From: an uncultured delta proteobacterium
Lineage (GTDB): Bacteria; Myxococcota_A; Polyangia; Fen-1088
DNA: 64,000 bases
Assembly: GCA_963767925.1 (NCBI GenBank)
Contig: CAVYGB010000008.1
Span: forward strand, 768,001 to 832,000
Reading direction: 5' to 3'
Shown here: piece after piece, positions 44,269 to 59,728 of the stretch
Layout of the letters: the number at the start of each line of letters is the position of its first letter
How positions within the stretch are numbered: the stretch's first letter is position 1
Notes under the pieces: model-generated
The model's database searches: none
Seen by the model: the letters and a program-made list of their open reading frames with translations, nothing else
Told to the model about the DNA's origin: nothing
Program-made: the position numbers and the translations under genes

Positions 44269-46230
44269 GCCGCCTGCGCAGCACCGGCATGCTCCGGGGT
44301 TGGCGATCGCGCGCCGAGACGGCCGCGCTGGCCGCCTTGACCGGCTGGCTCAGCCTGGCCGGGCCCTGCCTGCGGCCGGCCGCCGCCCAGCCGCCCGAGA
44401 TCGGAGGAGGCCAGCTCGACGAGGAGAACCTCGAATCTCGAGCGCATCGTCTCGGCGGTGGCGGAGCTGCTGTTCAACCTGGCCGACGGGGCCTCGGAGA
44501 AGGTGTTCGAGTTCCTCGAGACGGTCGAGCTATGGGACTTCGAGACCGAGATCGATCGGCTGGTGGGCGACCCGCGCGCGCTCAACGATTCGACCGCCTA
44601 CAAGCTGAGCTTGCTCCCCTTTCACATCCGCTTTCCCATCTACCAGCAGCTCGTGCGCCAGATGACCCGCCAGGATGACCTGCGCAACCGGCGGATCCAC
44701 ACCGTCACCCCGGACGCGGTCAACGTGATCGCCCTGCGGGTGGAGACCCTGGCCGACGACGACGTGGGCGACGAGGTGCGCACCTCGCTGCTGAAGCACT
44801 TCAACGCCCGGGAGGTTGTCGACCTGGGCTTTTACATCCTCGCCCAGCAGCGGTTCTTCCCCGAGACCGAGGAGGGCTGGACCCGCCTCAAGCGGAATAT
44901 CGCCGATGCCGGCCCGGTGGTGGCGGCCTCTGCGCTGGCGGCGGGCGCGGCCTTCGACGTGGGGGCCCTGCAGCGTTCGGGGACCATCACCCGCCTCTTC
45001 GACCGCCAGCTCCGCCTGGGCTGGTACGCCGGCATCCGCAAGCTGGGCTTTCGTTTTCGTCCCCAGCTCCGGGCCGGGCTCACCGCCCACCTGCCCCGCC
45101 TCGAGCTGGCCCTGGGGCTGGCCGAGAAGGTGCGTCCCACCGTGTTCGATCCCCGGCGGTCGGTGGAGCTGGCGGTGCGGGAGTCCTGGATCAACGTCTT
45201 CGTCCGCCAGCGGGGCTGGGATGCCTTCGCCGAGGGGGCCTTCCGCTACGTGCTGGCGATGCCGCTCGGCTTCGAGGGGGAACGCATGAGCGGGAGGGCC
45301 GGATTTTTCGCCCGTCGGGACGAGATCCCGGGCTGGAAGGAGTTCGGCCTGCGCTTTTCCGCCGAGGCGGAGTCGGACTTCCAGCGCGACGTCCGGTTCG
45401 CCATCGGCCTGGGCGTCGAGCACGGGCCGAGCGGCATCGTCACCATGTTGCAGTCCAGCCGCAGCGCCCACCCCGCCGACCCCCTGTCGCCCCGGGATAC
45501 CAGCGGCGGGATCTTCGTCGCCGGGACGGTGGAGTCCCCCACCCAGCTCTTCGTGCACAACATGCAGACCCAGGCCCGCCTGGTCTCCGACGAGTGGCAG
45601 GTGATCGACGGGCTGGACCGGCGGCGCAGCCAGATCGAGCAGAAGCTGCGCCTGTTCGGCACCGCCGGCTTCTCGGTCGACACCGCCCGCTCGGCCCTCC
45701 TGACCATCGACCAGACCATCCGCGAGCGCGACGCCCGCCTGGGGTCGATGGGCAACCGGCTGGCCGACTACCTCGAGACCCGGCGACAGGCCTACTCCAT
45801 CAAGCGCTGGGCGCGCCGGGAGGGGGACCTGCACGGCCCCCTCGACCCCGACATCTTGCTGATGGCCCGGGCCCAGCTCTTCTTGCGGCTGCACAACCTC
45901 TCGGTGGACCTCGAGAAGTCCGCCTCCCGCTTGAACGACCTGCGGGCTCGCCAGCAGGTGGTGCAGGAGCGGCTGGAGGTGGTCTCCACCTTCAACGCCA
46001 CCAGCCCCGCGGTGGCCGGTTACAACGAGGAGCTGGCGGTCCTGGAGCACCGCCTGCAGCGCGAGTCCTCCCGGGCCAGCGCCAGCCTGAACGCCTACCT
46101 GCGGGAGCGGGACAGCGCCCGGCGCATCAAGGCGGCCAGCCCGCGGGCGCTGGCCGCGCTCGACACCGATCCCCTCCCGCCCACCGTGCTCCGGCGGGTG
46201 ATGATCCTGCGCACCCTGACCATGAACTGA
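44265..46230 (+). CDS. Hypothetical exported protein of about 650 aa; one frameshift near 44437
   Basis: Signal-like N-terminus (..PAAAQ) in one frame joins LERIVSAVAELLF.. in the 590-aa ORF frame; start overlaps the LysR stop. Confidence 0.65.
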
Positions 46231-46237
46231 AGCGGGG

Positions 46238-47827
46238 TCAGGCCGAGCTGGAGGCGGGGTCCTTCCGGCGCTGGCTCTGGCTGCGCACGAGCGGCAGCTC
46301 GAGGGCGTCGGCGAGGGCCCGGCAGCTCGCGTCGATGATGTTGGGCGAGACCCCGATCGTGCTCCAGCGCTCGCCGTTGCAGGACGACTCGATCAGCACC
46401 CGGGTCTTGGCCCCGGTGGCGGCCTCCGGATCGAGGATGCGGACCTTGTAGTCGCAGAGCTGGACTTCCTGGAGCAGGGGGTAGTGGGCGTCGAGGGCCT
46501 TGTGGAAGGCCCGGTCGAGCGCGTGCACCGGGCCCGAGCCCTCCGCCACCGTGTGGACGGTCTCCTCGCCCACCCGCAGCTTGACGGTGGCCTCGACGAA
46601 CATGTCGGTGCCCCGCCGGCGCTCCGAGATGACGACCACGTCGAGGATCTCGAAGGGGGGCTGGTGATCGGGCTGGGCCCGGCGGGCCAGCAGCTCGAAC
46701 GAGCCCTCGGCGGCCTCGAACTGATAGCCCTCGTTCTCCAGCTCCTTGATCCGGCCGAGCACCTGCTTCTCCGCCCCCCGCACGTCGGTCCCCAGCTCGA
46801 CCGCCCGCATGCGGACGTTGCCCCGCCCGGACAGCTCCGAGACGACGACCTTGCGCTGGTTTCCGACCCGCTCGGGCGGGATGTGCTCGTAGGTCGAGGT
46901 GAGCTTCTCGACCGCCGCCACGTGGGCCCCGCCCTTGTGGGCGAAGGCCGAGGCGCCCACGTAGGGGGCGTGGGCCCGGGGGCGGATGTTGGCGATCTCG
47001 CTGACCGTGCGCGACAGCTCGGTCAGGCGGGTCAGGTTCTCGTCGGGCACGCAGCGCCGCTCCATCTTGATCTGCAGGGCCGGGATGATCGAGATGAGGT
47101 TGGCGTTCCCGCAGCGCTCGCCCCAGCCGTTCATCGTCCCTTGCACCTGGGTGCAGCCGGCCTCGACCGCGGCGAGGGCGTTGGCCACCGCCAGGTCGGC
47201 GTCGTTGTGGGTGTGGATGCCCAGCCGGGTGGGGACCGTCGCCCGGACCACCCCGATGACGTCGGTGATGAAGCCGGGCAAGCTGCCGCCGTTGGTGTCG
47301 CAGAGGACGATCCACTCGGCGCCAGCCTCGGCCGCCGCCTTCAGGGTGGCGAGGGCGTACTCCTGGTCCGCCCGGTAGCCGTCGAAGAAGTGCTCGGCGT
47401 CGTAGATCACTTCCTTCCCCTGGCTGCGCAGGAAGGCGACGCTGTCCCGGACCATGGCCAGGTTCTCGTCGAGGGTCGTGCCCAGCACGTGGACCACGTG
47501 CAGGGGCCAGGACTTGCCGTAGATGCAGACCGTGGGGGTCCCCGCCTCGACCAGGGCCCGCAGGTTCAGGTCGTTCTCGGCGGCGACGCCCGCCTTGCGG
47601 GTGCTCCCGAAGGCGGTGAGGCGGGCCTGCTTGAGCCGCAGCTCCGTGCGGGCGCGGCGGAAGAACTCGATGTCCTTGGGGTTCGAGCCGGGGTAGCCAC
47701 CTTCGATGTATTGAATGCCGAACCCGTCGAGCAGCCGCGCGATCTTGAGCTTGTCCTCGACCGAGAGCGAAAGCCCTTCGCTCTGGGTCCCGTCTCGCAG
47801 GGTCGTGTCGAACAGGTGGATTTGCAT
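46238..47827 (-). CDS. cimA: Citramalate synthase
   Basis: DTTLRDGTQSEG, IEGGYPGSNPKD, YDAEHFFDG, HTHND, YVGASAFAHKGG, FEAAEGSFEL, DYKVRI. Confidence 0.9.
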   Translation of the reverse strand: MQIHLFDTTLRDGTQSEGLSLSVEDKLKIARLLDGFGIQYIEGGYPGSNPKDIEFFRRARTELRLKQARLTAFGSTRKAGVAAENDLNLRALVEAGTPTVCIYGKSWPLHVVHVLGTTLDENLAMVRDSVAFLRSQGKEVIYDAEHFFDGYRADQEYALATLKAAAEAGAEWIVLCDTNGGSLPGFITDVIGVVRATVPTRLGIHTHNDADLAVANALAAVEAGCTQVQGTMNGWGERCGNANLISIIPALQIKMERRCVPDENLTRLTELSRTVSEIANIRPRAHAPYVGASAFAHKGGAHVAAVEKLTSTYEHIPPERVGNQRKVVVSELSGRGNVRMRAVELGTDVRGAEKQVLGRIKELENEGYQFEAAEGSFELLARRAQPDHQPPFEILDVVVISERRRGTDMFVEATVKLRVGEETVHTVAEGSGPVHALDRAFHKALDAHYPLLQEVQLCDYKVRILDPEAATGAKTRVLIESSCNGERWSTIGVSPNIIDASCRALADALELPLVRSQSQRRKDPASSSA

Positions 47828-47874
47828 GGCGCTCCCCGAGCCTTTCAGGCGTGAATCTCGGACAGTACCATACG

Positions 47875-51829
<3,955 letters not shown>

Positions 51830-51847
51830 AGCTGGTAGCTGACCGAC

Positions 51848-52559
51848 ATGGCTGAGCCGCACCTGTCCGTCGTCATCCCGGTCTACAACGAGGAGGGCAT
51901 CCTGCGCGGCTCGGTGCTGGAGCTGCGGGAGAAGCTGCGGGCCTTCAACTGCACCTACGAGATCCTGCTCTGTGAGAACGGCTCGCGCGATCGGACGGTC
52001 GAGATCGGCAAGGAGATCGAGGCCGAACACCCCGAGGTCCGCCTGATCTCGGTGGGCCAGCCCAACTACGGCCTGGCCATGAAGACGGGCATCCTGGCCG
52101 CCCGGGGGACCTTCGTCATCTGCGACGAGATCGACCTGTGCGACACCGAGTTCTACGCCCGGGCCCTGGCCCTGCTCGAGCGGACCGACACCGACCTGGT
52201 GGTGGGGTCCAAGTGCATGGTTGGCTCGAACGATCAGCGCCCGCTGGTGCGCCGGCTGGGCACCCGGGTCTACAACCAGCTCCTGCGCACGGCCTGCGGC
52301 TACAAGGGGACCGACACCCACGGGCTCAAGGCCTTCAAGCGCGACGGCCCTGGTGGAGACCGCCCAGCGCTGCGTGCTCGACCGGGACGTCTTCGCCAGC
52401 GAGTTCGTCATCCGGGCCCACCGGGAGAAGAAGAAGGTGGTCGAGATCCCCTTCGCCGTGCGGGAGAAGCGCCCCCCCTCGATCAACCTGCTCAAGCGCG
52501 TCCCCCACGTGCTCAAGAGCGTGGCCCGCCTGGCCGTCTCCGTTCGCGACGGCGGTTAG
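51848..52559 (+). CDS. Glycosyltransferase family 2; frameshift near 52345
   Basis: [31 protein letters not shown]; continues as [12 protein letters not shown] in another frame. Confidence 0.85.
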
Positions 52560-52591
52560 TCGGGCCCGAGCGAGGCGAGGGAACCCGACTA
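52557..52591. repeat. Short REP-like palindrome between convergent genes
   Basis: TAGTCGGG..CCCGACTA enclosing CCCGAGCGAGGCGAGGG; begins at the GT2 stop codon. Confidence 0.45.
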
Positions 52592-52623
52592 CTTCGAGAA
52601 CAGTCCCTAGCCTCCGGGACGGC

Positions 52624-53883
<1,260 letters not shown>

Positions 53884-53939
53884 TGCCCACACTGTACGTC
53901 AGGGCGCCGATCCGTCACCCCAATCATTCAGTGTGGGTT

Positions 53940-53969
53940 TTGAGTATGTAATAATACACAACTTAGAAT
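53940..53969 (+). promoter_or_regulatory. Sigma70-like promoter candidate in an AT-rich island
   Basis: TTGAGT-N18-TAGAAT with a TGTA-ATAA-TACA dyad in the spacer; would favour the ATG at 53986 as the true start. Confidence 0.4.
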
Positions 53970-55113
53970 GATGGGTTGGCGGGGGATGGTAGGGGTCTTG
54001 CTCGTTGTGGCAGGCTGCTCGGTGGACGGCTCGGGGATCGGCCGGCTCGGCGACGGTGGCGGCGGTGACGCCAGCGTCGGGAGCGACGGAGCGGGACAGG
54101 ATGGCCCGGCCCCCGATCGGCGGGTCGATATGGCCGAGGCGGGGGCGGATCCCGACGGGCCGGCGCTGCCCTTCGAGGATGGGTGGCCCTGCACCGGATC
54201 GGAGGGGTGCTCGAGCGGCCACTGCGTGGACAACGTCTGCTGCGAGTCTCCCTGCAACGGCCCCTGCCTGGCCTGCGCGCGCAACCGGAGCAACCGCCCC
54301 GACGGCGAGTGCCACCCCATTCCGACTGGCCTCGACCCCGACCAGGAGTGCAGCGTCGAGCAGAATGGCTGTGGGCGGACGGGTGTCTGCAACGGCGGCG
54401 GGGCCTGCGCCCTGGGCGCCGCCGGGCTGGCCTGTGGCAGCGCCTCGTGCAGCGGCAACCGGGTGACGCCCCCTCCCCGCTGCGACGGCGCCGGGGTCTG
54501 CTCGCCCCAGCCCGCCGAGCCCTGCGCGGGCAACCTCCGCTGTGCCAACGGTTCGGCGTGCAAGGGGACCTGCGCCGAGAGCGACGACTGTGTCACCGGC
54601 AGCACCTGCGACACCGGGAACGGGCAGTGCAGCGCTCCCAAACCCCTCGGCACCACCTGCGATCCGGCCGACCAGGGCGACGACTGCGCCTCGGGTCACT
54701 GCGTGGACGGCGTCTGCTGCGATACCGCGTGCGAGGGGGACTGCCTGGCCTGCGCGAGCGCGAACACCGGCGCGCCCAGCGGCACCTGCGCCCCCGTGTC
54801 GGCGGGCAGGGACCCCGACGACGACTGCCAGGACGACGGCCCCTCGAGCTGCAACGACGACGGGACCTGCGACGGCGCGGGGGAGTGTCGCAAGTACCCC
54901 GACGGCACCACCTGTGGCTCGCAGTGTTGCCGGGGTGGCGGGAACCGGCTGTGCGAGTTTGCCTGCCGGCTGGGGAGCTGCGACGACAACACGCCCATCA
55001 TGCGGCAGCAGTGTGGGTCCGAGGTGACGAGCTGCTGCTGCCCGCGGCCCCTGGGCGGCGGCGAGCCGGCCTGCCGCCTGCGCATCGAGTGCCTCCAGTG
55101 TGAGGACGACTAG
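53968..55113 (+). CDS. Cys-rich repeat lipoprotein (myxobacterial type)
   Basis: Lipobox VAGC; two copies of C.SGHCVD.VCC...C.G.CLACA..DPD..C. Confidence 0.8.
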   Translation: MMGWRGMVGVLLVVAGCSVDGSGIGRLGDGGGGDASVGSDGAGQDGPAPDRRVDMAEAGADPDGPALPFEDGWPCTGSEGCSSGHCVDNVCCESPCNGPCLACARNRSNRPDGECHPIPTGLDPDQECSVEQNGCGRTGVCNGGGACALGAAGLACGSASCSGNRVTPPPRCDGAGVCSPQPAEPCAGNLRCANGSACKGTCAESDDCVTGSTCDTGNGQCSAPKPLGTTCDPADQGDDCASGHCVDGVCCDTACEGDCLACASANTGAPSGTCAPVSAGRDPDDDCQDDGPSSCNDDGTCDGAGECRKYPDGTTCGSQCCRGGGNRLCEFACRLGSCDDNTPIMRQQCGSEVTSCCCPRPLGGGEPACRLRIECLQCEDD

Positions 55114-55116
55114 CCT

Positions 55117-55698
55117 TCAGAACACCAGGCGGATGCCGATCACCGGCCGCTGCAGCAGGCAGCTGCTCAGGTCGCCGCAGAAGCTGCCGGGCGCGAGGCG
55201 GAGCACCTCGTAGCCCAGCTCGAGGCCGACGTTGCGCGAGGCGAAGATCAACACCCCGGCGTCGCCGCCGTAGGCCCAGCCATCGACGTGGTTGGAGAGG
55301 AAGACCCGCCCGGCCCGGGCGGTGAGGACCAGCGCCACCGACGAGACCCGGAAGGGCACGATCCGCAACGAGGGGAAGGTGAACCCCTGGGTGAAGCCAT
55401 CGGCCCGGGTGATCGACGCCTCCAGCCCGGGGGCCAGGCCGTCGACGACGAAGTGCCGGAACCCCCCGCCCAGGGCCATCACCCCCGAGGAGAACCCCAG
55501 CAACACGCTCACCTCCGAGCTGCCCGCCCGGCCGTAGCGCAGCTCCTCGCCCTCCACCACCTGGGCGGCCGCGGTCCGGCTCAGCAGCAGGAGGGCCAGC
55601 CCGAGCGCCAGGCGGGCCCCCGGCCAGCCGCCCGCCGTGCCCGGGCCACGCCCGGTGGGCGGCCGTTCGCGTCTCGTCGATGGGGTAGGCATGGCCAC
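55117..55698 (-). CDS. Hypothetical small outer-membrane beta-barrel protein
   Basis: Signal peptide (TAAAQ), amphipathic strands, terminal GIRLVF. Confidence 0.65.
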   Translation of the reverse strand: MAMPTPSTRRERPPTGRGPGTAGGWPGARLALGLALLLLSRTAAAQVVEGEELRYGRAGSSEVSVLLGFSSGVMALGGGFRHFVVDGLAPGLEASITRADGFTQGFTFPSLRIVPFRVSSVALVLTARAGRVFLSNHVDGWAYGGDAGVLIFASRNVGLELGYEVLRLAPGSFCGDLSSCLLQRPVIGIRLVF

Positions 55699-58485
55699 CT
55701 AGCGCATCGGCCGCCGGCTCTCCTGGAAGACGACCTCGAGCTTCTGATCACGCCCCTCGCGAACGACGACCGCGGTGGCGGTCTCCCCGGGCTTGAAGGC
55801 CTGCAGGGCGTAGACCATGTCCTCCACGCTGCGGATCTCGTGGGCGCCCAGCCGCACCAGCACGTCCCCCCGGCGCATGCCTGCCTTCTCGGCGGCGCCG
55901 CCCGGGCGCACCCCTCCGATGAGGACCCCGGGTCGCCCTCCCGGAGGACCGCCGTAGTCGGGCACCGTCCCCAGCGAGGCGTTGAAGCTGCGGGCATCCC
56001 CCGGTCCGGGGGGCGCTCCGCCCTTGCCCTTCTGGTAGGTGAGGTGCACACCGGCGTCCACGGCGGCCACGATCCGGTCGGTCAGGAGGGCCACCTTGGC
56101 GGCGCCGGCGGCGTTGATCCGCTCGGCCCGATCGGTCGGCTTGTGGTAGTCGGGGTGGCCGCCGGTGAAGAAGTGAAGGACCGGCAGACCGACCGTGTAG
56201 AAGGAGGCCTGGTCGCTGGGCCCCTGCCCGCCGCCGGTGGGGTTGCACAGCAGGCGCAGATCGCCGCAGGCGGCCCGCACGATCGACTCCCACTCGGTGG
56301 CGCTGTCGCTCCCCAGGACGTCGAGCCGGTTTTCCCGGAGCCGGCCCACCATATCGAGGTTGATCATCGCCACCGCTCGCTTCAGCCCGTCGGCCTGGGC
56401 GCGGGTGTAGTGGGCCGAGCCCAGGAGGCCCGACTCCTCCCCGGTGAAGAAGGCGAAGACCAGGTCGTGGCTGAGGTTGGCCTTGCGGGCGGCGAAGGCC
56501 CGGGCCACCTCCAGCACGGCCGCGGTCCCGGAGGCGTTGTCGTCGGCGCCCAGGTGGGGCTCGTGCCGGTCGGGGGCCAGCGAGAACCGGCCACCCAGAC
56601 CCAGGTGGTCGTAGTGGGCGCCGATCACAACCGTGCCCTTGGCGGGGGTGCGGCCGGCCGGGAGGCGGCCGACGACGTTGAAGGCGACGCTCTCCTCCAT
56701 GCGGAGGGCGACCTCCAGGCTGGCGCTGGGCGTCTTGCGGGCCAGCAACTGGGGCATGACCGCCTCCAGGGTGGCGCGCTTGACCATGACCACCGGGATG
56801 CCGGAGTCCCCGGGGCCGGTGGGGGTGGGCCGCAGCAGGGGGGCCTCCCCGCCGGGCTTCCAGTCGGGCGGCGCGGCCGCCGGCGGCAGCGGCCAGTCCA
56901 CGACGATCATGCCGACGGCGCCCCGCTCCCGGGCCAGCCAGGCCTTGCGGCGGAGGTCACCCAGACGCCGGGACACCGTGGCGTCCTTGGTCTGGTCGTT
57001 CTCCGGCGCGAACCGGCGGACGACGACGATCTTCCCCTTCACGTCGAGCCGGGCGTAGTCGTCGATCCGTTGCTCGGGCGCGACGATGCCGTAGCCGGCC
57101 AGGACCAGAGGGCCCGAGGCCTTGCCCTCGGCGGAGAAGCCGAGCGGGGCGAAGTCGGCCTTGTCCAAGCTCGCCGGGCCCACCGCCACCGTCGAGGTCG
57201 GCTCGACCTCGATGCCGGTCACCACCGGGAACTTCTGCTGGAAGCTGCCCTGGTCGCCGGCCGGCTCCAGCCCCAGCTCGCGCAGCCGAGCCTCCAGGTA
57301 GCTGCCGGCCTGCTCGAGCCCCTTGGTCCCGATCCCGCGTCCTTCCCGGGCCGGGTCGGCCAGCCAGTGGATGTCGCGGCGGATGCGGTCGGTCGGCCGC
57401 TCGGCGACCTCGTCGAGCGCCGGCATCCCCTTCCAGCGCGCCAGGAACACGTTCGTGTCACGGGCGCCGGCGGGGGTGGCCCGGTTGGACGAGAAGAGCA
57501 GCCACTTGCCGTCGGGCGAGAAGTGGGGAAAGCCGTCGAAGCCCGGGCTGTGGGTGACCCGGCGCAGGCCGCTGCCGTCGGAGCGCATGGCCCACAGGTC
57601 GAACTCCCGGCCACGGGGATCGCCGACGTTGGAGGAGAAGATGATGACGTCTTCGGTGGGGTGGAAGAAGGGGGCGAAGGAGGCGGCGTCGAGGTCGGTC
57701 ACCTGCATGGCCTCGGTGCCGTCGCCGTTGGCCACCCAGATCTCCAGCTTCGAGGGCCGCACCAGGCCCTTCGCCAGCAGGCCCTGGAAGTCCTCCAGCT
57801 CCTTGCCCGGGCTGGGGCGGCTGGCCCGCCAGACGATGCGCGAGCAATCCTTGTTGAAGAAGGCGCCCCCGTCGTAGCCGGGCGCGTTAGTCAGCCGGCG
57901 GACGTTGCTCCCGTCGCTGTTCATCCGGTAAAGCTCGATGTCGTTGTCGCGCGTCGAGGTGAAGATGATGGAGCCGTCCTTGGCGCAGACGGTGGCCTCG
58001 GCGTCGTAGCCCTTCTCCGAGGTCAGGCGGGTGACCCCCGAGCCGTCGGGCGCCGACTTGAAGATGTCGTAGGTGTCGTAGAGCGCCCAGACGTAGCCCT
58101 GGCTCATGTCGGGGCGGGGCGGGCAGGTGGCGTCGCCCAGGTGGGTGGAGGCGTAGACGACGTCGCCGCCGGGGAGAAAATGCGCGCAGGTTGTGGCCCC
58201 CTGGCCGGACGACACGGCGGCGGGCGCGCCCGGCTTTGGCAGCACGGTCATCCGGTAGATGCGGTCGCAGCCCTCGTTGACCTGGCGCGACTGGAACGAG
58301 ACCTGGGTGCCGTCGAAGGACCAGTAGGCCTCCGCGTTTTCGCCCCCGAAGGTGAGCTGCTGCAGCTCCTCCAGGAAGGGGCCCTCGTCGGGCAACAGGC
58401 GCGCGGTAGGCAGCCGGCTGCCGGCGCAGCCCAGAGAAACCAGCAAGAAACCCAGCGGTAGGGCCAGACGCGATGCGAACGACAT
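55699..58485 (-). CDS. M28 peptidase lipoprotein with TolB-like beta-propeller, PA and PDZ domains
   Basis: Lipobox LGC; PD40-like repeats (ENAEAYWS, GYDAEAT, GYDGGAFF, FDGFPHFS); GAHYDHLG, GADDNASG, GEESGLLGS, NLDMVG, DYHKPTD; PDZ LGTVPDY. Confidence 0.92.
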   Translation of the reverse strand: MSFASRLALPLGFLLVSLGCAGSRLPTARLLPDEGPFLEELQQLTFGGENAEAYWSFDGTQVSFQSRQVNEGCDRIYRMTVLPKPGAPAAVSSGQGATTCAHFLPGGDVVYASTHLGDATCPPRPDMSQGYVWALYDTYDIFKSAPDGSGVTRLTSEKGYDAEATVCAKDGSIIFTSTRDNDIELYRMNSDGSNVRRLTNAPGYDGGAFFNKDCSRIVWRASRPSPGKELEDFQGLLAKGLVRPSKLEIWVANGDGTEAMQVTDLDAASFAPFFHPTEDVIIFSSNVGDPRGREFDLWAMRSDGSGLRRVTHSPGFDGFPHFSPDGKWLLFSSNRATPAGARDTNVFLARWKGMPALDEVAERPTDRIRRDIHWLADPAREGRGIGTKGLEQAGSYLEARLRELGLEPAGDQGSFQQKFPVVTGIEVEPTSTVAVGPASLDKADFAPLGFSAEGKASGPLVLAGYGIVAPEQRIDDYARLDVKGKIVVVRRFAPENDQTKDATVSRRLGDLRRKAWLARERGAVGMIVVDWPLPPAAAPPDWKPGGEAPLLRPTPTGPGDSGIPVVMVKRATLEAVMPQLLARKTPSASLEVALRMEESVAFNVVGRLPAGRTPAKGTVVIGAHYDHLGLGGRFSLAPDRHEPHLGADDNASGTAAVLEVARAFAARKANLSHDLVFAFFTGEESGLLGSAHYTRAQADGLKRAVAMINLDMVGRLRENRLDVLGSDSATEWESIVRAACGDLRLLCNPTGGGQGPSDQASFYTVGLPVLHFFTGGHPDYHKPTDRAERINAAGAAKVALLTDRIVAAVDAGVHLTYQKGKGGAPPGPGDARSFNASLGTVPDYGGPPGGRPGVLIGGVRPGGAAEKAGMRRGDVLVRLGAHEIRSVEDMVYALQAFKPGETATAVVVREGRDQKLEVVFQESRRPMR

Positions 58486-58563
58486 GGCCCCGAATCTAGC
58501 GTAAGTCGCGTCGAACGGAGGCGAGGTTTGCTCGCCCGCGACCGTCGACCTGCCCGGGGGCGA

Positions 58564-58779
58564 TCAGCCTCCGAGGAGCTGCAACATACCGGCGCCGACC
58601 ACGACGAACCCCAGCGCCCGCGCCAGCATGCGGGTGCGCCGCCGTTGCTGGTCCTGGGCCGCCATCTTCACCATCAGCCCTTCGAATAGCTCCTGCGAGC
58701 GGACCGGATCGATGGGCCGCTCGGCCCGCTCCATGACCGCCAACAGCCTCCGAACCTGGAATGCCTCACTCTGACTCAT
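58564..58779 (-). CDS. Hypothetical small protein with C-terminal TM helix
   Basis: 71 aa; basic patch followed by ALGFVVVGAGMLQLL. Confidence 0.5.
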   Translation of the reverse strand: MSQSEAFQVRRLLAVMERAERPIDPVRSQELFEGLMVKMAAQDQQRRRTRMLARALGFVVVGAGMLQLLGG

Positions 58780-58894
58780 GGTCTACCCGCCCCGTCCCTG
58801 AGAAAATCTACGCTGTCAAGCTTAGCACCGCCCTGCCGGAGCGGCCGCCAGCCCGAGGCGATCAGGGGGCCCCAGGGAGGGAGAGGGGGACCGG

Positions 58895-59605
58895 TCAGAT
58901 GAACGAAAACGGGCTGCGGGTCGAGGACGGGCCGACCTGCTTGGTGAGCCAGAGCTCGACCTCGCGGGCGACCTGGCCGCGCGGGGGGTTCCGCTTCGGG
59001 TCGCGCAGGTCGGCCAGGTGCTCGCGCACGTGGGCCACGTCCTGCGGCTGCATCTCGAGGTAGGCCAGGTAGTCCCACTGTGAGGCGGGCAACGATCCGG
59101 CTCGATACAGCCGGCGCATCACCTTACCCATGATCCTGGACTGCTTGGCCAGGTGAGCGCCGTTCCATCCCAGGTAAGTCTGGCCGCGGCTCTCGCTCGG
59201 CAAGGTCCAGAACGACGGGGTATGGGAGAACAGCAGGACCAGGGCGACCCGCCAGGGGCTCTCCGCCCAGGCGTTCATCAGCCCGCTTGTTTCGTCCTCG
59301 CAACTGGAGTGTTTCAGATCGACGGCGCCCTGGATGGCGGAGGGGACGACCGAAGGGGGTCGAACGCTCTCGTGCTCGCGCCGGCCAACCAGGGTGCCGG
59401 TGGCCAGCGTGGCGGTGGGGCCCAGGATGGTGCGCACCGCTTCGAGCCGGTACACGTCCCAGGGGGTGTCGTCGCCACCCGGCGGAGGCTCGTGGGTGGC
59501 GGGCAAACCGAAGGAGAACGTCACCCACCGACGGGACGTCTGCCCCGAGGCCGGATGGCTGCGTTCGTGCGGTCTTGTATCCTCCACTCCTACAATCGAT
59601 GCCAC
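58895..59605 (-). CDS. Hypothetical protein, divergent chlorite dismutase-family-like
   Basis: FWTLPSESR..AHL..RRLYR..WDYLAYLE..LRDP..REVELWL pattern. Confidence 0.55.
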   Translation of the reverse strand: MASIVGVEDTRPHERSHPASGQTSRRWVTFSFGLPATHEPPPGGDDTPWDVYRLEAVRTILGPTATLATGTLVGRREHESVRPPSVVPSAIQGAVDLKHSSCEDETSGLMNAWAESPWRVALVLLFSHTPSFWTLPSESRGQTYLGWNGAHLAKQSRIMGKVMRRLYRAGSLPASQWDYLAYLEMQPQDVAHVREHLADLRDPKRNPPRGQVAREVELWLTKQVGPSSTRSPFSFI

Positions 59606-59728
59606 GCCAGCATTTTAGCGGCATTCGGTTTCTGGTCGAGAGGGATAACCGTAAATACTTCGTTAAGCACACGATCCCTCGTCGCAACATTCGCGCCCGG
59701 TGTGCGCCGGCCAGGTGTTCACCCTGAT

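Noticed and set aside
55288..58461. 1057-aa + strand ORF, and similar long ORFs such as 492-2288, 3487-5421, 7498-9378, 13232-15262 and 52138-53943
   Set aside because: Antisense or alternate-frame shadows of well-supported genes; stop codons are rare at this GC content and the translations carry no motifs.
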